A stretch of DNA of 64,000 nt from Ascidiella aspersa (lineage: Eukaryota). Shown piece after piece: positions 1-12,091 of the stretch. Within the stretch, counting starts at the first letter, position 1. The number at the start of each line of letters is the position of its first letter. Where the stretch lies: positions 17,918,001 through 17,982,000 of the forward strand of contig OZ004614.1 in assembly GCA_963924565.1 (NCBI GenBank). The letters are read 5' to 3'. The position numbers were made by a program, and so were the translations under genes. The notes below the pieces were generated by a model. That model saw only the letters and a program-made list of their open reading frames with translations, was not told the origin of the DNA and did no database searches.

Positions 1-2963
1 TGAGTTGCCGAAACCTGTCAAGATTCAGGTACAGCCAATTGATTTTACATGTTAGATTTACGTATTACTTTTCTAACACAGATATTTGTATTCAAATTTA
101 AGGTATAATCGATATTTTGTAAGAGAGTTAAAGTCTGGCCTAAATGTGCTTATACTTTTTTGAATATTTCCCAACAACCTGGTTCGTCAAACAAATGATT
201 AACGTAATCGAGCTAGAACCTTCTTACATTTTTGCAAGCTTGCAGCTACAAATAATGCTCACTTTTTCAAGGTGCCCAAAAAACGAATTACTGACGAACC
301 ACTACCTCCATTGCCTACTAAGGGAATCTTTTCTTGCGATCTAATGCAGAAAAAATCGGTAAAATTGAAATATTGTGTGTAGCCCTTCACAGTTACAAAT
401 TTTATAGCAACTTTTAAACTTGGCATTGAATCTGAAAGCCAAAGAGAGTAAATCTACATTATCTTATTAAACTATAATTAAGTTAATGGGATTCACCTTA
501 TACCTTTTTGGCATTGAGCTTTATTACCAAGCTACATTACAGATCCGTATATATTATACCTAAAGTTATATAACAGAAATTTGAATGTATTTCCTGATTG
601 CAAAAATTGTAAAAATACTTCTAAAAGTAAATTATTACGTTTTTATATTTGTGTATTGTTTAACAACTTACTTTGTTAGACTCATGTCGTTGTCGCTGCC
701 TCATCGAAAACCCAAGACCGGGAATTGCCTCCAATCCCCCAGGTAGCCAAACAATAAACTAAAGTCTGGTTTGAAATATTTACCTTGCGAATGTATCTAA
801 CATTTAATGTGTTTTGGGCTGTATAATGTATTTCTAGCCTACCTCTTTAGCTCTCTCACGCAGTTTTAAATGTTTTTTTAGAAAAAGGTCGTTTCGTTGA
901 AAGCGTTGAAGCGCGTGGAAACCGATAAATGCATGAGCGGCGAAAAAGTTAAAAAGGTGAGTGACTATGTTCTACTCTAAGGACAGAATTTGTTTGTTAG
1001 TTTAATGTATCAAATGCCATTTTTAAATATAACATAGCAAATGGGGAAAATCGAGGGATTGAAAAACTTGTGTAAATGTTTAAAACTGGTTAGTTATGCA
1101 TAATTTCTCTAGCCTGGGTAAGACAGGCACTTCTTCTTCCATAGGTAAAGTTAATGGACTCGATATTAAATCCAAATAAACTTTAATTTATTATTCATGT
1201 TGCAGAAGGCATCGCGTCCTAAAGAAATCTCTTGGGACCTCGTGAACAAACGGCGTAACAAGGTAATTTTTGTTCAATGTCTGCTTAATATGAATAATAT
1301 ATGGATAACCTAAAAATACACTTCAATATTTAAAAAAATATTGAATAGCTTTACGACTGTATTTATACTTTTAAACTTTATTTTTTAGATCGCACCCTTT
1401 AATACCCGACTAACGAAAAAAGAAGATATGGCTATTGTTGATGTAAGTAAAATTAATTTCAACTATAGCTGAAATAGTATTTTACTTTCTTTTTAAAACT
1501 TTGCAAAGCATTGTGTAAATTTAATAATTAGTTTAGCTCATAATCATCGGAAACTCAAAGTACCTAGCATAACCTATTTTAAAATGTTGTATGTTTTGTA
1601 AAAATCTATTTTATTAAGATTGACGAAGAAATTGCTGAGCCTCAGCAGGAAGTTTGCGAAGAGCCAGAAGAAATTATAACCAAGGTATTTGTACTAAAAA
1701 ATTAAATCGATTTCAAGTTAAGTCATTCTCAACAAGCAAGTCCAATGCCAAACGTTTTAAGTGCCCAGTCCAAATCTTATACCAAGTTATTGGTATAGCA
1801 AGTCGATTACGAGTCGAGTGATTAGCAAAAAAATTAAATTTGTACAACTAAAAAAATTTAATACAACTGTAGCATATTATTTTCGTATCAGACACCAAAG
1901 CGAAACAAACTGCAAACGAAAAATTTTAAACAAAAATTCAAATAGCCTAAATACGCGGATCTTACCAAAATGGCATATTTTTAGAATGCTTCACATAAAT
2001 CTGTCATTTGCCAAATTGACTTTATTCCAAGTCAGGTCCTTGAGTAATTACAACACTAATTTGCGTCTAATTGAAAATTTCATTTCAGTATAATATTACA
2101 TAGATTGTTTTCCAAAAACAATATTTTAAAGCACATAGATATTCAAAAAAGACACACTTAAGATGGAATTCTGGATCATTTCTTTTAATTTACCCTATTA
2201 TACATTTTACATAAACCACCTATCGGTGACCCAGTGAAACATTTCGTAACCGATTGATTGTTTATGCTTGTTGCAGAAACCTTGGTGGCGAAGAGTTATT
2301 GCTTTCGGTAAAACCAAGTTGTTTGGTTGCTGCCTTTCCTCCAATGACAATGAGGTGCGATAAAATGTCTTAAAAATAACTATTAAATATAGGCAGTAGT
2401 ATACAGTGTTAACTATAACTCTTAGTTGGAAATCCAGTTCATTTTATGCAAAATATCTTACCATAAATGTGTTACAACCAATGATTCCTAATTATTATTA
2501 TGATTGGTTCTCAATCATTTATGTGTAATCATTATGCCGACGTTTGTTTTGATAAATCCTATATTATTTAATTCATTTTTATTCTGACAAAATTCAACGA
2601 CTTGGTCATGTAGCCAAATTAGAATGTCAACAGAAAACTGTGTAATTGTGTTAACAATTTTTTTATCCTTATTTTGAATCCCCATTGCCTGCTTTATTTT
2701 CTTTATTATTTTTGTTAATTTTGTTTTTAGCCAATTTTCCCGTTATTTATGGAATAAGCCAATTCAATATCAGTAACAAATGAACACTCGCAATGATTAC
2801 CGCAATTGTGCAAAAATTGCGTCATTTTTGCCGTTGTTCCAAGTTTGGATATTAAAAATTTGTTAGATTTCGCTATTTTGTCGTTCATTCCTGTGAATTT
2901 TATTTAGCATATTTTGCTTTTCAGATAATTGTTGTTCAGGAAAGCCAAGCAACAGAACAATGA
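1..2963 (+). CDS. 3' part of an unrecognised multi-exon gene (phase-0 microexons); hypothetical protein, 5' end outside window
   Basis: Exons <1-28, 680-742, 882-956, 1206-1262, 1389-1442, 1619-1684, 2277-2354, 2925-2963. All have AG/GT boundaries and lengths divisible by 3, and they join into one open frame: ELPKPVKIQ/THVVVAASSKTQDRELPPIPQ/KKVVSLKALKRVETDKCMSGEKVKK/KASRPKEISWDLVNKRRNK/IAPFNTRLTKKEDMAIVD/IDEEIAEPQQEVCEEPEEIITK/KPWWRRVIAFGKTKLFGCCLSSNDNE/IIVVQESQATEQ*. The last exon is less certain, because read-through at 2355 gives VR*. Confidence 0.75.
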
Positions 2964-3103
2964 ATGCTTGTTTATTGTATTGTGTGTATTTTTGTCGCCC
3001 AAAAAAATTTTAAAATACCCCGGAGTGTTAATTTTGTTCCGAAAGCGAATTTTAATTTAGATTTTTGATCAGTAAAGAATATAGATGTCGAACGTTCAAG
3101 TCC

Positions 3104-3109
3104 AATAAA
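3104..3109 (+). terminator. candidate polyadenylation signal of the microexon gene
   Basis: AATAAA about 140 nt after the TGA at 2961-2963. Confidence 0.45.
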
Positions 3110-3790
3110 ATCTGAAGTAGAGTGAGGACTGCAGTACACGTGACCCACTTTTATTTTACACTTCATTATTTAACGTTTTTGTATCAAAGGTTTTAGCAGT
3201 GTAGACTAAAAAATTGTTGTGATATCGAATAGCTGACAATTTGCAGTATTAAATATGCTTGCTAAATTATACGAAGGACTCTAAATGGTAAACTCATTTA
3301 TACTTCACGTGTTTAGGATATTCATGTGGCCCGAAAAATGTTTTTTTTTTGTCGGAATTATTTTTTTTCCAGTCAATTATTTTGTGGCACATTTTTGAAA
3401 ACGGATTTACACAATGAAATTTTCACAGCTGTTAAAGACCCTTATAGAGTGTTTGACAATATTTAAATTTAAATGAACAGCACTGACATAATCCACTGGA
3501 AACCTATCATGTAAAATGCACTATGCCCAATAATAACACGCAACGTCGGACCACATCCGCTTTTGCCTGCTAAAGCACAGAAACAAAAAATACCATTGGA
3601 AAGATACTGACAAATAAGACCCGTGGGAAAAATTGTATGCCACACAATACCTCCTTAAAATGTAGCAGTACTTCCCTATACCCCCCAGGTGAAATATAGT
3701 AGCATCGAGCTATACCCTCCTGGAATAATATACAAAACAGCAAACCTATACTAGTTTAGGATTGTAATTAAATTATGTTGACAATAGATG

Positions 3791-3863
3791 CATACGCGTG
3801 TATTACAACTGTAATCTAGCTCTTCTGCAGCCGATTTTTGATCAACGATAACGGCTTACATAA
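3791..3863 (-). repeat. truncated copy of the 3' tail of the tRNA-containing element at 32692-33022
   Basis: ttacaactgtaatctagctcttctgcagccgatttttgatcaacgataacggcttacata aligns by eye (roughly 80%) with 32714-32773. Confidence 0.7.
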
Positions 3864-5052
3864 TAATTATTATATATGCGAATTGTCGTACTTAAATTTT
3901 GATGTTAGAATTTGTAGTTTTTATGGATTTTGTTATAACAAATTAATCAGGAGTGTACCTTAATTGAAAATTGGTATAAGCATATTTGAGAAAAAGTGGT
4001 CAAGCGCTCACCAGATGGACGAATGCGTTTGTTAGGTTCAAAATTTGAGTCCGCACGCTTCATGTATGATCACAATGAGAAGGTTAAAACAATACTTTGG
4101 GGGAAACGCAATAAATTTAATCGTTAATCTGGTGTTTAGTGTAACGCCGTTGAACTGTCGATGCTATATTTATATTTCAAAGACTCAATGAATTAGTCTG
4201 GAACTCAGTAAAATGCTTTCAGATATAGGAATTTGGAAAAACTTCCATTGTTGATTGTTCCAGAATAAATTCTGTTTTTTTATGTTTTGAGTAAGTCGAG
4301 AACCATCCATTATATTTCAAGGTTTTTTGAAAATGTGAAAGAGTGGGTTACGTTTTTCATTTTTTCTCGTGGTTTATGTGGATCAACCCCGTACCACTGT
4401 TATCAAGATAATTTTGGCAAACAATTGTTGACGACCATTAACTTTATTGCTGCAGAGATACCACATAACAAATTCGCGCAAACCACTAAATGTTACATTG
4501 CGTTTATCTTATAGTTTGGACTTTGAATAATTGTTCCGATGGTCATAACCATATTCCAAAAGTGCTATTTATTAGCGCAATTCGCCAATACATTACTTTA
4601 ACTAGATTAATGTGGCAGAAATTGCATTTCATGGAGACTATATGCCGAAAACTTTTGTAAAAGTTCCTTAATACTAATTTTCTTCGGTGAGGTAGAGCGT
4701 TAAATGGCAACTTATTAGGCCTCAATAATTTGCAATCCGTACAGCAAGCCTCAATTGTCACGATACTTCAATAGAAACCGGATGTGAAGGTTTTTAAATA
4801 TCTCTCCAAGGGCACAAATCGTGTTTAAATAACGCTATATGGATGGCACAGTGGAACAGATTACTTCCATATAAAAAGCACATGTCGAATCGCTTGTCCT
4901 AGCCTATGAAAACTTCCAATATCCTTAAAACCTAAAAAAAAAATAAATAAAAAATATATATATATAATATTTGTAAATCTATAATTTTTCGAGTCCAGGA
5001 ATATATAGCTAAAAAAACACAAAACAAAGTCACCAAATTTTTGTACTTATAC

Positions 5053-5975
5053 TAGGGCTACGACATTTTTAGCACCGAAAAAGAGGACAGTTTTTTGCCT
5101 GCAAGTAGAACGAAAATAGAATTGTTACGTTTGAGAAATACGTGCCATATCCACAACTGTTTTTAGCAGCGGCACCCTTTGAAATTTTCCTATGACTTGT
5201 ACCCCTACGAAAAAAAGAATTTTTAATTAAATATCACTGAGACAACTTAAAAAAATAGTGTAGTTTGTTGTCGGTCGCGCGAAACGCGAAAAAAAAATGG
5301 ATTTAATTGGTTGAATTGGCGCTAAACTGTAAAATCAGGAGGCTTTTTGCAAAACATTTCGTCCCCCTGTTGCTAGCCTGTTGTCCAATTATATAAAATA
5401 TGGATAAAAAATAGTTCCAACGGTGGATGACTTTTATCGTTTATCTATAAGTTAGAAAAATTATAATTAAATAGGGCCGTTATACCTTCGATGATATGAA
5501 AACATGGAATGGCACTCAAAGAGACTTTGTGCTCAACAAAGCAAACAAAATTAGATAACAGAAGATTCGCAAATTTTTTTATGTTAGTTTTAATGTTAAA
5601 GTTGGCAAAAACAGAGTTTATACAGCGCTGTAGGAGTGGTGTACAACCAAAACGAAAACGATACCATTAGAATCATAGCAAAAAAATTAAATATTAACTT
5701 AGAGCTCACCTCCCCCCCCCCCCCCCCCTATGAATTGCTTGCGGCCCCCCTATAAACCCTTTTTAAACCAGCAATTCAGCATCTTTCATGGCTTAAGTAT
5801 TTTTGGAAATAAATACAACCTCTCGCCTGAAGGTCTTGCTAAAAGTATTAGCAACTAACTCGAAATGCGAAAAAAGAGGACATTTGGGCATTTTTAAGCA
5901 ACCTTGGAGGACCATTCAGTTTTCTTAAAAAAGGGGGTCAAATCCTTTTCAAAGAGACGACATATGGTAGGCCTA
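5053..5975. mobile_element. non-autonomous hAT (Blackjack-like) element
   Basis: Termini TAGGGCTACGACAT...ATATGGTAGGCCTA; near-perfect 8-bp TSD acttatac/actcatac; repeated aaaaagaggaca subterminal motif; internal poly-C run near 5712-5728. Confidence 0.7.
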
Positions 5976-8900
5976 ACTCATACACTCAGTGCAAACCAAC
6001 TTAACTATATTACAATAAGCAAAAAAACACCAAAAACCAACAGGTTTTAGTCGATTTACTTTAGAAAGTTGTTTACTAGTGACTATAGGATGCTCCTGAA
6101 CTATCATTCACCCTTATTCACCCCTTTTGGTTGGTTCACTCCTGCAAAAATTTTATTCACCCTTGGGTGAACCATTCACCACTTTAAGAAACACTGGTTT
6201 AGCCCAAAATATGGTGTAACTGTAAATGAAGACACGCGGCACAACTTTCCCCAAAAGCGAGTGATTAATTTGGAATGCTTTCGAACAGAAACCGTTAAGT
6301 TTCCAATTGTTGTAGGCAAATCTCAACTCAGAAACCAGTGCAACGAATGCCCGAGCAAAACAAAGTCACCAGGAAATGCCACGACCGCTTTCATAGTAAC
6401 TGCCAGAAATTGGTCGCGCGCGCCACGCGTTTAGCGCCTATATTGTTTTGCAACTTATTCAGGAAGTCTTGAATGTGTTTTACATGGTTTTGTAGAGCGG
6501 GGTCCTGCCAAACACACCAACAAATCGATTGATTTCAGTAGGTAATGGGTGTTGTGTGCGCTAGTTTGCATGTGCTGTTTTGTGGGGCTTCAAAACCTGT
6601 GACATTTAGACTCGTTTGTTGCTTGCTCTTATGAGTACATTTTCTCCCCAGAAGGCATAACATTTTAGAAGTTAAAGTTTTGTTAAACATAGGGTAAAAG
6701 ACTTTTAGGTCTATTTAAGGCTATTTTCAGATTGTTGAGGTATTTATACTGATAATATTAAAAAGCTAGAAAAATTCGCCAGCATTTTTTTCCTACGAAG
6801 GGAAATCTGTTCGCTTGCCACCGTGGATTTTATCCAGCGATTTCAGTTTAGAAATTTTTTGTGAATTTGACTTTGAATAGAAACCGAAGCAGTTTATCGT
6901 ATACTTGATATAAGTGCTAAATCTGATCGCAAACTAGACTTAAAACGTTAGCTGTTACAGCAAGTCTGATGAAAATACATAAATTAGAAGGAGTCGATAA
7001 GGTGCTAGTGTACCAAATATATTTTTTGGAAGTCCATGATATATTTATTGTCTGTCTATAGTTTAAGTTTGCCAAAAAAGTGGTTTAAATTGGAAAGTAT
7101 TTATTTGCCAGTTTTATATTTGTTTTGAGAAATGTACAGTAATGTTGTTTTATATTTTAAAGACGTAAACCTATCACATTATTCAGAAAAACAAATTGTA
7201 GTTCCAATTGGCATACCTATACTTTTATAAAGTTCCACTGTAAGCAAGACACTTTAACGTTTCAACAAGCTCAAACTTTTAATGTGTTGGAATAGTGATT
7301 TGTAGGAAGAGTATTTCTCCTTAAAAATGCGTATTGACAGTTGACGCCGACATTGTGGTTCCATGGTTTACTCCTTCACGTTGTAAGTGTAAATCCAAGT
7401 AAGTTGAGAATTCGTAAGCACGATAATAGCTTGGGTATCAGATAACGGGAGGATTCAGGAGAAAGGCAACCTGGATAAAAAGAAAGGACGTCTTATTGTT
7501 TAGTAAAATTGGATGTAGACCGAGAGATAACAACATCACATGTGATATGTTGATAATAATTTGCAAGGAGTTATCTGCACAATGTTGGCTGACTTGTAGA
7601 TTTTTAAGTGTTGACCCAGTGATTTTGCTTTGTCCATGCTATTACTAAAACCAATCGGGCCCTGATAAACAGCTGCAATTGTCTTGTTGTTACGTTGTTA
7701 CATGAATTATTTTAAAAACACCCGTGGATTTCGAGGGTACTCCTACCGAAATATGTAGCAGACATCCAATATAATCCCGATTTGAAAAACGAAATGTTAG
7801 GCGTATAAAAATTACTAGTTATTCAGACGTTAGTAGGTTTAATGGCATTTATAGTCTAATATTACACGGGTTGCACTTTGGTTCACATCGCACACCATGC
7901 CAGACTATACATGGCGCTGTGGGACTGGATATAGATTTGCCTAAACGAGGAAAAGTCTAATATTAACAGACCAGTGTTCGCGCAAAGCGCTGCAGAAATT
8001 GCATTAACATAATAAAAGTTCGAAGAAAAGAATAGTTTGAAGGGGTTATGGCTTGGACCCAATATTAAGCTTTTTTTGGTCAGGCCTGTAACTAGCGGTG
8101 GCCTCCGCCCACCATTAATATCCCTGATGACGTTAAACACCTAATACAGATTGGCAAATGTTTTTATTTTTTATTTATAAAACTTTTAATCATTGTTTTG
8201 ATTACATAGCATTTTAGTAAGATCGGTTCCTCCAACCAAAAATGTATCGTTCTAAAACAGAAATCAGATCTATGTAATTAGAATTTTACATGCAAAAAAT
8301 ATTCATTATTTCGAGGGTAACAACAGTTTTTGCTTCAATGTGTTTGTCTAACCAATGTATCGTGACTGTTTAGCATCAAAACATTAGCACCCTTTATTGA
8401 TTCTGCTGCACACATATCAGAAGGGTAACTTGTTCCATTCTAGAAAATTCATTTTACATTTTTAGTGGTCGTTCTAAGGTGCCCAATTGCGCAGCCACAC
8501 CAGACCTTTGTCTTTTGCGCACATAAATCATTATCAAATTGTAAACAATATTTTTGCCTTAACAGTTAGACTATTTAGCATGCGGGCCATTTTTTGATTG
8601 ACGTTTGTAGGTAAATTCAAATAAACAAATCAAATATACAGTAACGATTGTAACGTAAAATATGTTTTGCCGTAAATTACTTGTCTAATTAAATGTCTGC
8701 ACAGGAAAACCAAGCTAAAGGGGGAAAAATCAGGTTTAAAGAGTGCTGAACTCATCAGTAGAGTGTTGGACAATAATTCGGGATGAAAGCGAACTACATT
8801 TTTCGGGACGTAACTTTTAACACAACCATTTTTTTACGTGATTTCTGTGCAGATGCGACTGGTCAATGACTCACATAAATTAGTAAATCTTCTTAAGAAG

Positions 8901-11840
8901 TGACAATATGCGAGTGGTTTTCTAATCTTGATTGTGAGGTGAAGCTTTCAAAACTATAACCAAATAATCGGATCTTTTTCGCTTGCTATATCCTTGGACG
9001 TATTTAAACCTGATTGCAGTTGCACGTACAAGTTTCTTGAGAATATTAGCTGTGATGACGTCACGCTTTTTGACGGCATCTATAAAATTTTCACGACTCG
9101 TCTTCATACAAAAAACATTTAACTGGCCGCGAGCCCCTGCCAACTCAGCCTTAAAACTTTCACATCCATGATGTATATCAGAGCAAATGACAGGTTTTAG
9201 GAACCATAGGAATGATTTAAGTTTGCGATTTTGACATCGCTATTTGCGATACCTGCACAAATCCAACAGCGTACGTTTAATTAGCACCTATTTAGGCCCG
9301 GCTATAACGGTTCGCGAAATGGGGAAGTTTATTTTATGTTTTTGAAAATTATATAAAACATCGCAGACATAAATCTTACTTCCGACACAAACCTGTACTG
9401 CAAAGTATAGCTTTCGTACGTTGTTCAACAATTGCAAAGGGCAGTGAAAGTCCCCCCGGAACACATATTTTGATTGCAGACGAAGCACATGACACTAAAC
9501 CTCACAGTTTAAAAATAACTCCTATTTAGTCTTAATCACAATGTGTTAAGCGGAACGAAGAACAAGATAAACTGAAGTTTCCCTTTTTCGTTCGTTGTCA
9601 GCATGTGTCAATGTAATAATTACTGTTGGCATAAGAGTGGTCGCCTATAGAAGTGACTAGATATACAAGTGTTTATTTATCCGTAATCGATTCGGCTTTA
9701 TATCTTTATCTTCCACGATGTGGTTGGTCTGTTATTTCGGAAAAATTAGTCAGACAAAAGCGCATTATGACCCAAAATGCAGCAACAGTAAGACGCAGGA
9801 AGAATTATGACAAAGTAAATGTAATAAGCATCTTGAAAGAAATACTATTTTATCAACCGTAACTCGTAATACTACATTAGGCAGTTACAAAAAACAATAA
9901 AAACTCCTTCATAACAATCATCCAAATTTACAGGTATAAATGTTTTATTACCTGAACGCCTTAGAATAAAACACGCCCGGGCATTCATTATGCGTTTTAT
10001 TGCATTTATTTATTATGTCTTTTCCCGCACAGCAGACTGCATGGTAATTGCGAATTCTTAGAGTGACTATAGAAATTTGGCCGGACGAATGTAATTTGCC
10101 TTATATTAAAATGCCGCAACCATATAACTTCATTATGCCTTCCCGCGTAAATAATTATGGTGTTTTAATGAGTTGTGCTGTGCCCTTAAATGACCCATTA
10201 AATATAATATTACTGCGATACCAATGGAAAAAAATGAAGAAATAGTGTCCGCTAACCAGAAACATTGTTGCAACTACGTGAAACACTGTAGTATCTGGCC
10301 TTGTCATATAACAGTTTTGTAGTGACTTAAATTAATAACTTGGCGCACTTTACTTTTCTTTTTAAATAACTTGAAATAACTTATTTTTTTAAGTAAAGTG
10401 ACTTAACTTAAACCATTATGTAGAAAGGATTTACTTGAACTTAAGGCAATTTGGCAAACGACATAAATTAAAAGAAAGTGCTTTAGTACAATAAAATTTG
10501 GTGAAATTGGGTTGTTTACTTAACATAAAAAATGTTTGTTTGCTACTTGTTTTGTTTTTGTCGTTTTAAAAGTGAAATATTCCTAGAGATGGAAGAAGTT
10601 CGCCATGTTGTTTTAGGTTAAATCTTTGCGTAATAAAGCTAGATTTTCTATCGGTGGTCTAGGTTTGTGATTTATAGGCAATGAGTTGACTTGGAATGAT
10701 ATCCTAAACATCACAACTTAGTCTCGATACAATATTATACATTATACGAGATGTATTTGGTGTCAAGATCAGTTTATTGAACAGCATTTGTGTAGCCTAT
10801 GTCTGCTTGCAACGTCCCTGTTTTGGCCTGTGTTATATGTATATAAACCTAATATACTGAGCAATATTTATGTATGGATGTCATTTCGCCATCCTTTTCT
10901 GCTGACACCACTACAGTAAGAACGAATGTGTACAATTGTTTGCATGCGTTAAAAATGGTTGTACATATAAGGTCGGAATAAAATGGCGGGAAGTATCATT
11001 CATATCATACGGGCAGCTGCCATGGGAGAATTTAAAGTGTATGTTTCCCTATATACTGCCTCACCTATACGTAGTTCCGCTTGTTTGCATTCACGGCCTC
11101 ACCAAAGACTTTAATTACAAGCTTCATTAACATAGTAGCGTTTATGGTCAACATTTCGTCATAACCACAAACCGTTCCCGATGCTTAATGGCGTTCGCGT
11201 GTTTGCTAACAATGCCGGCATCGGGAAACATGAAGGGAACTGGGCTGTCGCGACATTCACACAGTCTCTGCGGCGACGTGAATTGTGTTGTTTACAAGCG
11301 CGTCGATTCTTCTGGTAATCAGCCGATTGTTTACGTCGGATTCGCGTTGGACATGTGAGTTGCTGCCGAATAATCGAGAATATTGGCGACATCGAGTGCA
11401 CGTTACCTATACCGGGCGCCTCCAGCCTGATTAGAAACGGCGCCGATTTTTTTGGTGCTGACATTTTGTTGTTGTACATACCCTTGTACATGGGCGCCAA
11501 AATAAGAAAAGCCTGGCGTGTGATTTATGTGCATGTGTGTGACTGTGTGTGTTTTGACGAATTGAAGGGAAAATATAAGCGCGGCTCTACAAAGGGGCGA
11601 TTAGACTTGCTCCGGCCTGAAGTTAGGTCAACTTTTATATCCTACTGCACTTTCTGGTAATAAACCTTGCGTTAATTGCTTGTGTTTAAGTATTCCTAAT
11701 CGCGTTTACATATAACTTGAAAATATCGAAAAAATTTATTGGGAGATTACTTTCACAAAGCATACATAGGATCTACATTTTAAGAAGTTTATTGAGTAGT
11801 GCATAAACTAATATTTTAACGTTTTGTGCATACTATAGAA

Positions 11841-12091
11841 CAGGGGTTTCCAACCTGGGAGCCATGACCCCATGTATTAAATTTAATAAAAATACTAGTA
11901 CAGCAGTAAGTACTTATGATAAAAGTTATCTATGTTATATTTATATTATTTTAACTACCGGTTACTGCATAAACCATTTTTTTCATTAAAATGACGTTTA
12001 TTATTTTTTTCAAAAGATTGAAAAAATTAAGTGGGGGCATTGATTTCTCAAAATTGGGGGCCACGGTGTAAAAAAAGTTTGGGAACTCCTG
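11841..12091. mobile_element. hAT (Charlie-like) MITE
   Basis: TIRs CAGGGGTTTCCAAC / GTTTGGGAACTCCTG; perfect 8-bp TSD CTATAGAA (11833-11840 and 12092-12099). Confidence 0.85.

Noticed and set aside
4847-7241. Possible Transib-like element bounded by CACAGTGGAAC / GTTCCACTGT
   Set aside because: Only a 10-bp inverted match, with no TSD and no transposase remnant.
6300-7400. Possible plus-strand spliced transcript (GC-rich patch near 6410, scattered AG/GT pairs)
   Set aside because: I could not assemble a consistent open frame or exon chain.
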